Both the position numbers and the translations under genes were made by a program. A stretch of DNA of 64,000 bases from an uncultured Actinomycetes bacterium (GTDB lineage Bacteria > Actinomycetota > Acidimicrobiia > IMCC26256 > PALSA-610): assembly GCA_963841195.1 (NCBI GenBank), contig CAWJBX010000010.1, positions 121,519 through 185,518 on the forward strand, in the 5' to 3' direction. Positions 1 through 10,497 of this stretch are shown in pieces. Numbering within the stretch: position 1 is the first letter of the stretch; each line of letters begins with the position of its first letter. The notes beneath the pieces were generated by a model. The model did not search any database. It saw only the letters and a list, made by a program, of their open reading frames with translations, and had not been told where the DNA came from.

Positions 1-1
1 G

Positions 2-589
2 GCGCCGATGCTGAACTACCCGCTGACGCAGTACATGTTCTGCAGTCCCGACGAAGGCGCGGCCGCCGTGGTGTTGTGCCGTGCCGACCAGGCGCATCGT
101 TTCACCGACACACCGATCTACTTGCGGGCATCGACCGTGCGCACACGTCGGCTCGGCGCGTTCGAGGTGCATAGTCCGTGGCTACCGGTCGAAGAGACCG
201 TTGGGCCGACGGTCGACGCATCGCGCGCTGCGTACGAGATGGCGGGCATCGCGCCGACCGACGTCGACGTCATCCAACTGCAGGACACCGACGCCGGCGC
301 CGAAGTGATCCACCTGGCCGAGAACGGTTTCTGCGCCGACGGCGAACAAGAAGCACTCGTTGCCGACGGTGAACTCGAGATCGGCGGGAAGCTCCCGGTC
401 AACACCGACGGCGGTTTGATCGCCAACGGCGAACCGATCGGCGCGTCCGGGCTGCGACAAGTGCACGAGATCGTGCGTCAGCTGCGCGGTCAGGCCGGCG
501 ACCGACAAGTGCCCGGCAATCCGCTGGTCGGTTATACGCAGCTGTACGGCGCGCCCGGTACGGCCGGCGTTTCGATCCTGTCACGGTAA
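2..589 (+). CDS. thiolase-like / SCP-x-type lipid-transfer protein, C-terminal part (5' end outside window)
   Basis: Frame is open to the window edge. C-terminal thiolase-fold motifs NTDGGLIANGEPIGASGLRQ and YGAPGTAG. Confidence 0.75.
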   Translation, partial: APMLNYPLTQYMFCSPDEGAAAVVLCRADQAHRFTDTPIYLRASTVRTRRLGAFEVHSPWLPVEETVGPTVDASRAAYEMAGIAPTDVDVIQLQDTDAGAEVIHLAENGFCADGEQEALVADGELEIGGKLPVNTDGGLIANGEPIGASGLRQVHEIVRQLRGQAGDRQVPGNPLVGYTQLYGAPGTAGVSILSR

Positions 590-604
590 AGCGCGGGAAC
601 GGCT

Positions 605-2079
605 GTGGAGCCCAACCTCAACTGGTTCGGAGTGCTCGCGCACCACGCGACGCGCACGCCGAGCCAACCGCTCCGCGCATGGGCGAAGAAACCGTGACGT
701 ACGGCCAGATGGTGACGCGCGCGGCTGCGCTCGCGGGCGGATTGCAGGAACGCGGCATCGGCGCGGGCGATGTCGTCGCGTTGCTCTCGTACAACTGCAT
801 CGAGTTCCTCGAAACGATCTTCGCCGCCAACTACCTCGGCGCGATCGCGATGCCGATCAACTGGCGCCTCGCCGCACCCGAAGTTCGTTACATCCTCGAA
901 CACTCGTCGGCGCGCCTGCTCGTCGTCGATCCGACACTCGTCGAACTCGCGGCGGAAGCGACGATCGTTCGGGTGCAGACCGACGAATTCGAGAAGGTGC
1001 GTACGCGGGCGCCCGCGCCGACACCGGTTGCCGCCGACGACGTGCACCGTTTGATGTACACCTCGGGCACGACGGGCCGGCCCAAAGGCGTCATGCTCAC
1101 GCACGCCAACCTCGCGTGGAAGAACCTCGCCCACATCGTCGAGTTCGGGTTCACGAACGCCGACCTCGGGCTCGCGTGCGGACCGCTGTACCACGTCGGC
1201 GCGCTCGACCTCACGACCACTTCGCTGATCGCGACCGGTGCGACGACGATCATCCACCGCATGTTCGACGCACCCGCAGTCGTGGACGAGATCGAACGGT
1301 CGCGCGTCACCACGGTGTGGCTGGCGCCTGCAATGGTGAACGCGATCATGGCGCTCCCCGATATCGAACAACGCGATCTCTCGTCGGTTCGCCTCGTGAT
1401 CAACGGCGGCGAAAAGATGCCGATCCCACTCATCGAACGCATTCAGCGCGTGTTCTCATCGGCGTGGTTCGCCGACGCGTACGGGCTCACAGAAACCGTG
1501 TCGGGTGACACCTTCCTCGACCGCGAAAGCATCGTGACCAAGCTCGGCAGCGTCGGCCGTCCGTGCCTCTATCTCGATCTCGACATCTGGGACGAGCACG
1601 GCCGGTCCGTTCCTGCGGGCGGGCGCGGCGAAGTTGTACTGCGCGGGCCGAAGGTCTTCAAGGGCTACTGGCGCGACCACGAGGCCACCGAGAAAGCGTT
1701 CGCGGGCGGCTGGTTTCACACCGGCGATATCGGCGAACGCGACGACGACGGCTACCTCTGGATCGTCGACCGCCTCAAAGACATGATCGTGTCGGGTGGC
1801 GAGAACATCGCAGGCTCGGAAGTCGAGCGCGTGCTGTACGAACACCCCGCGGTGCTCGAAGTCGCGGTCGTCGGGCGCCCCGACGAGAAGTGGGGCGAGG
1901 TGCCGGTTGCCTACGTCGCGCTCAAGCCCACGACAACCGCGTCTGCCGACGAACTCGTCGAGCACTGTCGCAGTCAACTCGCGCGTTTCAAAGTGCCGAA
2001 AGACGTCGTGTTCGTCGACGCGCTCCCGCGCAACCCGTCGGGCAAAGTGCTGAAACGGGAGTTACGGGCCGGTGGATGA
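605..2079 (+). CDS. acyl-CoA synthetase / AMP-dependent ligase (FadD-like); N-terminal about 25 codons are in another frame
   Basis: AMP-binding signature MYTSGTTGRPKGV and C-terminal PRNPSGKVLKRELR. The typical N-terminus MEPNLNWFGVLAHHATRTPSQPL starts at GTG 605 in frame 2 and joins the main frame near 670-680, which implies one indel. Confidence 0.85.
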
Positions 2080-2482
2080 TCTCGAAGCGATCAAACAACT
2101 GAAAGCGCGTTACTGCCGCACGATGGATGCGAAGGATTGGGCCGGCATGCGCGCGGTGTTCACCGACGACGTCACCGTCGACAGCGCCGATTCCGGCGGA
2201 AACGTCGTGACGGGCGCCGACGCATTCCTCGAGTTCCTGCAGGGTGTCATCGGTCCGGCCGTGACGGTGCACCACTGCCACATGCCCGAGATCGAGATCA
2301 CGTCACCTGACACCGCGTCGGGCGTGTGGGCGATGGAAGACATGCTGCGATGGCCCGACGGTTCCGAACTGCACGGCTACGGGCACTATCACGAGACGTA
2401 CGAAAAACGCGATGGCGAGTGGCGGATCGCATCGACCAAGCTGACGCGCTTGCGCATGGACTTCACGGAGGGCACCGCATGA
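2072..2482 (+). CDS. SnoaL/NTF2-like domain protein
   Basis: GTG start overlaps the end of the fadD-like gene. Intact 136-aa ORF with an NTF2-like pattern (IKQLKARYCRTMDAKDW ... HYHETYEKRDGEWRI). Confidence 0.7.
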   Translation: MDDLEAIKQLKARYCRTMDAKDWAGMRAVFTDDVTVDSADSGGNVVTGADAFLEFLQGVIGPAVTVHHCHMPEIEITSPDTASGVWAMEDMLRWPDGSELHGYGHYHETYEKRDGEWRIASTKLTRLRMDFTEGTA

Positions 2483-3228
2483 CCCTGCCCACGTTCGACA
2501 CGGTTGCCGACGAACGCCGGTTCCGGAAACAGCGGCTCGCGGCCGCGTTCCGCTTGTTCGGGCACTTCGGATTCGACGAAGGCCTTGCCGGTCACATCAC
2601 CGCGCGCGATCCCGAGCATCTCGACCACTTCTGGGTCAACCCACTCGGGCGCAACTTCAAACAGATGCGCGTCAAAGACTTGATCCTCGTGAACAATCGC
2701 GGCGAGATCGTCGAGGGCGATGCGCAGCTGAATCGCGCTGCGTTCGCGATTCATTCGCAGATCCACGCGGCGCGGCCCGATGTCGTCGCCGCCGCCCATG
2801 CACATTCGGTGCACGGCAAGGCATGGTCGTCGTTGCGGCGCCCGCTCGATCCGCTCACGCAGGACGCGTGCGCGTTCTACGGCGACCATGTTGTATTCGA
2901 CGACTACACCGGCGTCGTGCTCGATCTCGACGAGGGCAAGCGGATCGCGCAAACGCTCGGTGACCACAAAGCCGTGATCCTGGCGAACCACGGGTTGTTG
3001 ACGGTCGGAACAACATCGGTCGACGAAGCGGCGTGGTGGTTCATCACGATGGAACGCACGTGCCAAGCCCAGCTGCTCGCCGAGGCCGCGGGCATGCCGG
3101 TGCTGATCGAACCCGAACAAGCCGAGAAGACTGCGCAGCAAGTCGGCGGGCACATGTCGGGCTACCGGCAGTTCCAACCGATGTACGAATGGATCGTCGA
3201 GGTGCAACCGGCGTTGCTCGACGAGTAG
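2479..3228 (+). CDS. class II aldolase/adducin family protein
   Basis: ATGA overlap with the upstream stop. Motifs GHITARDP, IHSQIHAARPDV and AVILANHGLLTVG. Confidence 0.85.
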   Translation: MTLPTFDTVADERRFRKQRLAAAFRLFGHFGFDEGLAGHITARDPEHLDHFWVNPLGRNFKQMRVKDLILVNNRGEIVEGDAQLNRAAFAIHSQIHAARPDVVAAAHAHSVHGKAWSSLRRPLDPLTQDACAFYGDHVVFDDYTGVVLDLDEGKRIAQTLGDHKAVILANHGLLTVGTTSVDEAAWWFITMERTCQAQLLAEAAGMPVLIEPEQAEKTAQQVGGHMSGYRQFQPMYEWIVEVQPALLDE

Positions 3229-3240
3229 CCGACGGAACGG

Positions 3241-3627
3241 TTAGTCGGCGGTAAGCACGCGGCGGTGAAAGCGCCAAGCCCCACCGTGGCAATGCAACGT
3301 GTCGTGATAGCGGCCGACCAGCATCACTGACCAGCCCGCGTCGCCTTTGACGAAGAACACGAGATCACTGACTGCCGAGGCTTTGGTGTCGCTCCAGTCG
3401 GTGATCACCGTGTTCGACACGGTGTGGCGCTGCGGAACGCGCGGCTGCAACTTCGCATAGGTGGTGCGCAGGGCGTCGATACCTTCGTGGGCGCCGATAC
3501 CGGGCATGTCGATGCTGGCATCGTCGCACATCATCGCGACGACGTCGTCGGTGCGGCCGTCGTCGAGTGCCTGCGCGTACGCCGCGATGGCACCGCGTAC
3601 CGCTTCTGCCACCTCTTCGTACGTCAC
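3241..3627 (-). CDS. SnoaL/NTF2-like domain protein
   Basis: GTG at 3627 forms a GTGA overlap with the Rieske gene stop. The remaining upstream part of the 212-aa ORF is Arg-rich and looks non-coding. Confidence 0.6.
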   Translation of the reverse strand: MTYEEVAEAVRGAIAAYAQALDDGRTDDVVAMMCDDASIDMPGIGAHEGIDALRTTYAKLQPRVPQRHTVSNTVITDWSDTKASAVSDLVFFVKGDAGWSVMLVGRYHDTLHCHGGAWRFHRRVLTAD

Positions 3628-5030
3628 AGCCCCACGTCCACGATCGGGCGTTCGAGCGGGTTCACGTTGACCGTCTGCAACGCCGGAAGCAAGCGCTCGT
3701 ACGGCAAGCCGGCGAGGAAACCGTCGATCACACGATGGAAGTTCGAGATATGTCCTTCCATCGTTTCCGACAGCCGCATGTACTCGAAGCCGCGCGCGTG
3801 CAGCCCCTTCTGCTGGCGCGGCAAGTTCGAGAAGTCTTGGCGCGGGATCGGCGGCCAGCGCGGGTCGTTGCACTCCCATGGTTCGGGTGGCGTCGGCCGT
3901 TCGCGTTCCTCACCTTCGGGGTAGCGCGTGAGCGACCAGATTTCCATCAGCGTCTCTTCCGGGCCGAGCGGCCGGAACCGGTACGACGACGCGCTGCTGT
4001 ACATGGGCAACACGAAGTAGTGCGGAAACCCGTAGCCCATGGGCTCGTTCAGGCCTTTGGCTTCGAGCTCGTTGAGATCGGGAACGTCGTGGCCACGCGC
4101 TCGATGCGCGTGCACGACGGCGTCGTTGAGCGCGCGATTCCACGTTGCAATCGCCGCGTTCGGCTCCTCGGGGAGTTCGATGTCGCGGAGGCTTTCGGCG
4201 ACGCGCACGTCGTCGGCGTGCACCATTCCCGCCATGCCTTCGCTCATCACGCGCAGGTAATGCAGGTCGGCTTCGATGTACGCGCGCGCGTCGAACTCTT
4301 CTTGGCGAGGCTTGGCGTAACGCGCCGGGATCACGAGCTGCGGATGCGTTTCGACAACGTGGTACTGCTCGACGAACGCTTCTTGCGCGAGCTTCCAGTT
4401 CACCGGTAGCCGGCACGCGTACCACCATTCCGTGCGCAGCGACTCGACCTTCCACGCGTCGAGGATCGTTGCCGCCGGTTCGAGGCACGCGCGCAGTGGC
4501 GGTGCGTTGTCGTCGAGATTGATCCACGCGCAGCCGCCCCATACTTCGCAGCGCACCGGGATGAGATTGATGTCGTCGGGCGCCCGGTTGTGCTCGGCGA
4601 ACGCCTTGGCGCGCGGAATGAACGAATTCTTGCCGTCGAGCCCGTAGCACCAGCCGTGGAACGGGCACACGAAACCGCCTTCGCACGTTCCCTGGCCCTC
4701 GACGACCTTGACGCCACGATGCCGGCACGCGGTTTGGAAGGCCCGGACGCCCATGTCGTCGGTGCGGAGCACGACCACCGACTGGTCGAGAATCTCGTAT
4801 TCGACGAAATCCCGGGGCCCCGGGATCTCCTCGAGCCGACAGGCCATCTGCCAGACGCGCGGCCAGAGCTGCTCGGCCTCGAGCGCGTAGAAGTCGGGAT
4901 CGAAATAGCGCTCTTTGCGCACCCGATCAGGCGCCTCCATCGCGAAGGGCACCGCGCGCGTGGGCCACTGCCGATCGACGATCGCCACGTCAGAACCGTA
5001 GACCAAACGGTCGGTACATTTCTCGGTCAT
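3624..5030 (-). CDS. Rieske [2Fe-2S] aromatic-ring-hydroxylating oxygenase, alpha subunit-like
   Basis: Rieske motif CRHRGVKV...CPFHGWCYGLDG followed by a large catalytic domain. Start taken at ATG 5030 (MTEKCTDR). Confidence 0.85.
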   Translation of the reverse strand: MTEKCTDRLVYGSDVAIVDRQWPTRAVPFAMEAPDRVRKERYFDPDFYALEAEQLWPRVWQMACRLEEIPGPRDFVEYEILDQSVVVLRTDDMGVRAFQTACRHRGVKVVEGQGTCEGGFVCPFHGWCYGLDGKNSFIPRAKAFAEHNRAPDDINLIPVRCEVWGGCAWINLDDNAPPLRACLEPAATILDAWKVESLRTEWWYACRLPVNWKLAQEAFVEQYHVVETHPQLVIPARYAKPRQEEFDARAYIEADLHYLRVMSEGMAGMVHADDVRVAESLRDIELPEEPNAAIATWNRALNDAVVHAHRARGHDVPDLNELEAKGLNEPMGYGFPHYFVLPMYSSASSYRFRPLGPEETLMEIWSLTRYPEGEERERPTPPEPWECNDPRWPPIPRQDFSNLPRQQKGLHARGFEYMRLSETMEGHISNFHRVIDGFLAGLPYERLLPALQTVNVNPLERPIVDVGL

Positions 5031-6633
5031 GGCGGTCAGCGAACCCGTAGACGTGCTCGTCGTGGGCGCCGGGATCACCGGCATCTATCAGCTGTACCGC
5101 GCCCGCGAAGCGGGATTCTCGGTGCAGTTGCTCGAAGCGGGCGACGGCGTGGGCGGCACCTGGTTCTGGAACCGCTACCCCGGCGCTCGTTTCGATTCCG
5201 AGAGCTACACGTACGGCTATTTGTTTTCGCGCGAACTCTTCGACGAGTGGGAGTGGCAGGAACACTTCGCCGAACAGCCCGAAACGGAGCGCTACCTCAA
5301 CCACGTTGTCGACCGTTTCGACTTACGGCGGCACATGCGCTTCGGGGCGCGGGTGACGTCGGCGACATACGACGACGCGTCGGCGATGTGGCGCGTGGAG
5401 ACGACCGACGGGGAGGTCGTTCGCGCGCGCAACTTCGTCGCGGCAACCGGCGTGTTGTCGATCCCCTACTTCCCCGACGTTCCCGGTCGCGAGCATTTTC
5501 GCGGCGAGACGTATCACACCGGGTTGTGGCCTTCGACGGGTGTCGACTTCGCGGGCAAGCGCGTCGCGGTCATCGGGACCGGATCGAGCGGCGTGCAGGT
5601 CATTCCGATCATCGCGGAGACCGCTGCGTCGCTGACCGTGTACCAGCGCACCGCGAACTGGTGCACGCCCCTAAACAACGCGCCGATCACGCGCGACGAA
5701 CAAGCGCGGTTACGCGCCGAGTTCGTGTCGATTTGCGAGACCTTGAACACGTCGCCCGCCGGGTTCCTGCACGAACCGAACGATCGCACGACGTTCGATG
5801 ACGGCGACGAGGAACGCGCCGCGTTCTACGAGAAGATGTGGGCGAGCCCCGGCTTCTCCAAGCTCACGAGCAACTACACCGACCTGTTGTTCGACGAGCG
5901 CGCCAACGCGCTGTGGTGCGACTTCATCGCCGCCAAGATCCGCGCCACCGTGAAGGATCCCACGACCGCGGCCAAACTCATCCCGAACGACCACCGCTTC
6001 GGCGAGAAGCGACCGCCGTTCGTCACCGCTTATTACGAAACGTTCAACCGGCCCAACGTTGCGCTCGTCGACCTCAAACAGACGCCGATCGTGCGCATTA
6101 CTGAAGAAGCGATCGAGACGGCCGACGGCGCCGAGCCGTTCGACATGATCGTGTGGGCAACGGGCTTCGACTTCGGAACCGGCGCGCTGTCACGCATGGG
6201 TATTCGTGGGCGCGCCGGCGTCGCGCTCAACGATCACTGGGCCGATGGTCCGCGCACATTCCTCGGCATTCAAACCGCGGGCTTCCCGAACTTCTTCTTT
6301 CCGGGTGGTCCGCACGCGGCGGCCGGCAACAACCCGCGCTACAACGGCGACCAAGTCGACTTCGTCACCGACCTGCTCGTCTACGCGCGCGACCACGGGT
6401 TCGACAGGGTCGAAGTCGGCCCCGGTCCCGAAGAGGCGTGGACGGCGATGATCGATCGCAACGCGACGCGCAAACCTTCGTTTGGGGAAGGCAGCTACTA
6501 CTTCGGCACGAACATTCCCGGCAAGCCGCGCAAGTACTTGCTCAACGCGGCGGGACGCCCGAAGCTGCACGCCATGATCGCGGAACTGGTCGCGAACGGC
6601 TACGAGGACTTCACACTGTCGCGATCGGAGTGA
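5029..6633 (+). CDS. Baeyer-Villiger (flavin-containing) monooxygenase
   Basis: N-terminal VVGAGITG, BVMO fingerprint FRGETYHTGLWP, and a second dinucleotide motif IGTGSSG. Intact 534-aa ORF. Confidence 0.9.
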   Translation: MAVSEPVDVLVVGAGITGIYQLYRAREAGFSVQLLEAGDGVGGTWFWNRYPGARFDSESYTYGYLFSRELFDEWEWQEHFAEQPETERYLNHVVDRFDLRRHMRFGARVTSATYDDASAMWRVETTDGEVVRARNFVAATGVLSIPYFPDVPGREHFRGETYHTGLWPSTGVDFAGKRVAVIGTGSSGVQVIPIIAETAASLTVYQRTANWCTPLNNAPITRDEQARLRAEFVSICETLNTSPAGFLHEPNDRTTFDDGDEERAAFYEKMWASPGFSKLTSNYTDLLFDERANALWCDFIAAKIRATVKDPTTAAKLIPNDHRFGEKRPPFVTAYYETFNRPNVALVDLKQTPIVRITEEAIETADGAEPFDMIVWATGFDFGTGALSRMGIRGRAGVALNDHWADGPRTFLGIQTAGFPNFFFPGGPHAAAGNNPRYNGDQVDFVTDLLVYARDHGFDRVEVGPGPEEAWTAMIDRNATRKPSFGEGSYYFGTNIPGKPRKYLLNAAGRPKLHAMIAELVANGYEDFTLSRSE

Positions 6634-7687
6634 GCGGGCAGCCGACGACGCCCGGCATGCGCAGGGGCGGCGCGGTGAGCAAGAAGCGGCTGCGATCGTG
6701 TTCGCGCAACCAGGCCGCGAGCTCGTGCAAGTACCAGAGTTCGCCGAGCGGCACGCCCAGTTTGAACAGACACAAGTTGTGGATCGGCAGGAACGAATGG
6801 CGACTCGGATCGCGGTCCTTGCCGAGGAGTCCTTCGACCGCGTAGTTGTCGGCGACGAGCGCAGAGATTTGCGAATCGGCAATCCATTCGAGCAGCGATT
6901 CGTCTTTTGCGTCGAGGTAGGCGCACATGGTGAAGATCTTGCGCGGGTCGGGGTTGCGGTTCATCGCGAGGATCTCGGTCGCGAAGCCCGTGTGAATCAG
7001 CAGCATGTCGCCGGGCTCGACGACGACATTGTCGGCCGCCATGATCTCTTCGAGCTTGGCGCGGTTGACGGGTTGGAAGTCGTGACCGAGGTGATGCGCG
7101 ACGTCGACGAGCACGCCGCGCCCTTGCACGCCGTGGAACGCCATGTGTTCGAGGCCGAGGTGGTGCGCGAACGCAACATGCGGACCGCCGTCGCCGCGCG
7201 CGTCTTGCTTCGGACCAACGAGATCAATGCCGGCGCGGTAGCCGTTGTAGTAGACGGCTTCTTCGACACCGTCGCCGTCGGCGTCGAACTCGGCACCGAC
7301 GTGCGCGAGCGAATCCCATTGCGTCGAGTACTGCAACGAAAGCGTGACGTTGTCGTCGGCCCAGACGTCGACGTAACGCGGGTCGCCCCACTCCTCCATC
7401 TCGCTCATGTGCACGTTGTAAAACGTGTCGACGACGCCGTTCATGTCTTCGGTGGGCGCGACCCGTGGCGGATAGCGGCGCTGGTTGAGCGCGGTGCCAC
7501 CCGGATAGTCGAGGGGGAGGCTGAGGCAGAAGCTGATGCCGGCTTCGACCTCGCGGACGCCCTGCAGCACCTTTTCGGGCGTGATCAGGTTGACGCGGCC
7601 GAGTTCGTCGTCGTCGCCGAAGTCGCCCCAGGTCGACCCGGGCGGACGTTGTTTCCACCGCTGCGCCACGCCTTCTCCTCTATACAT
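6611..7687 (-). CDS. putative cyclase family protein (kynurenine-formamidase-like fold)
   Basis: Intact 358-aa ORF with coding-like composition. Family assignment is by overall resemblance only. It overlaps the BVMO 3' end convergently by 23 nt. Confidence 0.6.
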   Translation of the reverse strand: MYRGEGVAQRWKQRPPGSTWGDFGDDDELGRVNLITPEKVLQGVREVEAGISFCLSLPLDYPGGTALNQRRYPPRVAPTEDMNGVVDTFYNVHMSEMEEWGDPRYVDVWADDNVTLSLQYSTQWDSLAHVGAEFDADGDGVEEAVYYNGYRAGIDLVGPKQDARGDGGPHVAFAHHLGLEHMAFHGVQGRGVLVDVAHHLGHDFQPVNRAKLEEIMAADNVVVEPGDMLLIHTGFATEILAMNRNPDPRKIFTMCAYLDAKDESLLEWIADSQISALVADNYAVEGLLGKDRDPSRHSFLPIHNLCLFKLGVPLGELWYLHELAAWLREHDRSRFLLTAPPLRMPGVVGCPLTPIATV

Positions 7688-7769
7688 CGATGCGTCGCTG
7701 AACCTGGCTCAAGCGGGCTCAACGACGCCTCGTGGTTTGTACCGACCGGTTGGTCTACTCTCGGCGGCG

Positions 7770-9038
7770 ATGACGGACAACTCTCCGACGAGCGATTTCC
7801 CAAAGCCGATTTCGTGGTTTCGGCCGACGGGCACATCCTCGAGCCGATCGACCTCTTCCGCACTCGCATGCCGGCCCATTTGCGGGACCGGGCGGTCTGG
7901 GAGGAGGACTTCGAGATCGAACCGCTCGTCGAGGGCGGCGCGCGCGTCTTCCGCCGGTTGCACACGCCCGGCTTCGAAGGCTGGACGATCTCGCGTTATC
8001 GCCAAACGAGCGGCCGCACCCCCGAAGGCGATCCCGGCGCTGATCGTCGAAGACTTGAACACCGACGGCGTCGACGCCGCGGTCATGCACCCGAACCTTT
8101 CGCTGTTCGGCTTGTACTCCGACGATCACGAACTGTCGATGGCGCACGCGCGCGTTTACAACGACTACATCATCGAACGGTTTTCGCCGTACTTCTCGCG
8201 CATCGTGCCGACGGCGCCCGTACCGATCACCGACACCGACGACGCGATCGCCGAGATCGAACGCGTCGCTGCCGCGGGCTTTCGGGCAATCCTGTTGCCC
8301 GCGGTGCCGCACAAGCCGTATTACTCGCGTGACTTCGACCCGATCTGGGCCGCCGCGCAAGCGAACGGCCAACAGATCTTCTTCCACACGCAGACCGGCG
8401 GCGTGAAGGTCAACGACCCCGCGTCGACAACGCTCAAAGTCGTCATGGAGAACGCGAAGCAGGTCAACCAGCCGATGACCGAGAAGTCGGCATCGAAGCG
8501 CATGATCACGCAATGCATCTACAGCACGTTCGTTCCGCAACAAGTCATCTGTGAGCTGATCGGGGGCGGCGTTCCCGAGCGCTTTCCCGGGTTGCATTTC
8601 TCGTTGATCGAGTTCAACGCGCACTGGCTCGCGTCGCTCGTGGGCTCGATGGACAAGTGCTGGGTCACCGGCGTCGGCCAAGACCCCGACTGGTGGCTCG
8701 GCATCTGGGACGACACCCGGCCGAACAACGACCAGCCGAACATGGCGCAGTTGTTCCGCTTGAACGAGAAGTGGCTGTACCCGCTCATGCCGAGCGAATA
8801 CGTGCAACGCCAGTTCCACGTGTCGTTCCAGGACGATCCGGTTGCGGTTGCGTGCCGGCACATCACCGGCGTATCGAGCATCGTGTGGGGTAACGACTAT
8901 CCGCACGCCGAAGGAACGTTCCGCGGCAGCCGCGAGTTGATGGCGCGCCAGTTCGTCGGCGTTCCCAACGACGAGCGTGCCGCCATGCTCGGCGGCACGC
9001 TCGCGCAACTGCTCGGGCTTGAAAAGGCAAGCGTCTGA
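7770..9038 (+). pseudogene. amidohydrolase-2 (ACMSD-like) family protein, frameshifted
   Basis: ATG 7770 (MTDNSP) is in frame 3. The conserved N-terminus FVVSADGHILEPIDLFRTRMP is in frame 2. The rest (DGVDAAVMHP ... VWGNDYPHAEG) returns to frame 3 near 8030. Confidence 0.8.
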
Positions 9039-9919
9039 GCGAGCTGCGATTTGACGGGCGCGTCGCGATCGTCACCGGCGCCGGACGCGGTATCGGCCGC
9101 GCCTACGCGACGCTGCTCGCGCAACGCGGTGCCCAGGTCGTCGTGAACGACGTGGGGGGCGCGATGGACGGGACGGGGTCCGATGTGACTGTCGCGGCCG
9201 AGGTCGCGAAGGAGATCGGCGGCGTCGCCGATGGCAACGACATCGTGTCGGAGTCGGGCGCGGCTGCGCTCGTCGCACGCGCAATTGCAGAGTTCGGCAG
9301 GATCGACATCCTGATCAACAACGCGGGGATCATGCGCTGGGCCGGTTTTCCCGACGCCGATGCCGACAACCTCGCCCGGCACGTTGCGGTACACGTGAAC
9401 GGTTCGTTCAACACGACGCGGGCCGCGTGGCCGCACATGGTCGAGCAGGGCTACGGGCGCGTCGTAATGACGACGTCGACCGGCTTGTTCGGCCTCCCCA
9501 ACAACCTTTCGTACGCGACCGCAAAGGCCGGCGTAATCGGTATGACGCGCAGCCTCGCGACAGCAGGTGCCAAGCCCGGTATTCGGGTCAACGCGATTGC
9601 CCCCGCGGCCACGACCCGCATGGCGGGCGGGGCCGGTCCGCCCGAAATGGAGCCCGAGCTCGTCGCGCCGATGGCGGCGTTCCTCGCGCACGAGTCGTGC
9701 CCAGTAACCGGCGAGGTCTACACCGCGGGTGCGGGCCGCTTTGCGCGTCTGTTCATTGCGTCGACGCCGGGGTACGTCAACGCAAGCGGCGCGCCGACGA
9801 TCGAAGATGTCGCGCAGCATTGGGCCGTCATCAACGACGAAACCGGTTACTCGATCCCGACCGATCTCATGGACTGGTCCGCCACGTTCACAAAGCACTT
9901 GCAGCCCGATGCCTCGTAA
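9035..9919 (+). CDS. short-chain dehydrogenase/reductase (SDR)
   Basis: The Rossmann motif VTGAGRGIGRAY lies upstream of the first ATG (9143). The start is therefore non-ATG near 9035 or hidden by an indel. Catalytic YATAKAG is present. Confidence 0.8.
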   Translation: MSELRFDGRVAIVTGAGRGIGRAYATLLAQRGAQVVVNDVGGAMDGTGSDVTVAAEVAKEIGGVADGNDIVSESGAAALVARAIAEFGRIDILINNAGIMRWAGFPDADADNLARHVAVHVNGSFNTTRAAWPHMVEQGYGRVVMTTSTGLFGLPNNLSYATAKAGVIGMTRSLATAGAKPGIRVNAIAPAATTRMAGGAGPPEMEPELVAPMAAFLAHESCPVTGEVYTAGAGRFARLFIASTPGYVNASGAPTIEDVAQHWAVINDETGYSIPTDLMDWSATFTKHLQPDAS

Positions 9920-10493
9920 CGCGAAGTGGGAAGCGCGCCGGGAAGCGATCGTCGACACGTCGGCGCGCGTCTTCGCCCAGCGCGGCTACCACGCGACGGG
10001 TATCGCCGAACTTTGCGACGCCAACGAACTCGGCAAGGGCGCGCTCTATCACTACATCGGTTCGAAAGAAGAGTTGCTCGTCGCGATCCACGACCGCGTG
10101 ATGGACGAAGTGATGCGCGGCGCCGATCGAGTCGACGAAGCCGGCGGTTCGCCTACCCAGCAGCTCACCGGGCTCGGCGACGAACTGCTCGACGTGATCA
10201 ACCGCTACCCCGACCATGTGTGGGTGTTCCTGCACGAGTTCCCCGCGTTGAGCGGGGAACGGGCCGAGCAGTTCCGCGTTCGCCGGCGCGAGTACGAGGC
10301 GCGTGTCGAAGCGGTGTTGCAAGCGGGCGTCGACAGCGGCGAATTTCGCGACCTTGATCCGCGCCTTACCACCCTCGCGTGGCTCGGCCTGCACAACTAC
10401 ACGTATCTGTGGTTGAAGCCGGGCGGTTCGTTGACCGCGCGCGACGTTGCCAAACCGTTCGCCGAGATCTTCATGCGCGGCATCGCGATGTAG
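9909..10493 (+). CDS. TetR family transcriptional regulator
   Basis: N-terminal HTH ATGIAELCDANELGKGALYHYIGSKEEL. ATG 9909 overlaps the SDR 3' end. Confidence 0.85.
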   Translation: MPRNAKWEARREAIVDTSARVFAQRGYHATGIAELCDANELGKGALYHYIGSKEELLVAIHDRVMDEVMRGADRVDEAGGSPTQQLTGLGDELLDVINRYPDHVWVFLHEFPALSGERAEQFRVRRREYEARVEAVLQAGVDSGEFRDLDPRLTTLAWLGLHNYTYLWLKPGGSLTARDVAKPFAEIFMRGIAM

Positions 10494-10497
10494 ATCC

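Noticed and set aside
532-1371. Long antisense or alternative-frame ORFs across the window (for example 532-1371, 4590-5801, 13542-14870, 24905-25993, 34220-36199, 55704-57359 and 56478-58394).
   Set aside because: Their translations are Arg/Ala/Pro/Gly-rich with no recognisable motifs, and they lie opposite or out of frame to genes with clear family signatures. They are the usual stop-poor shadow frames of high-GC DNA.
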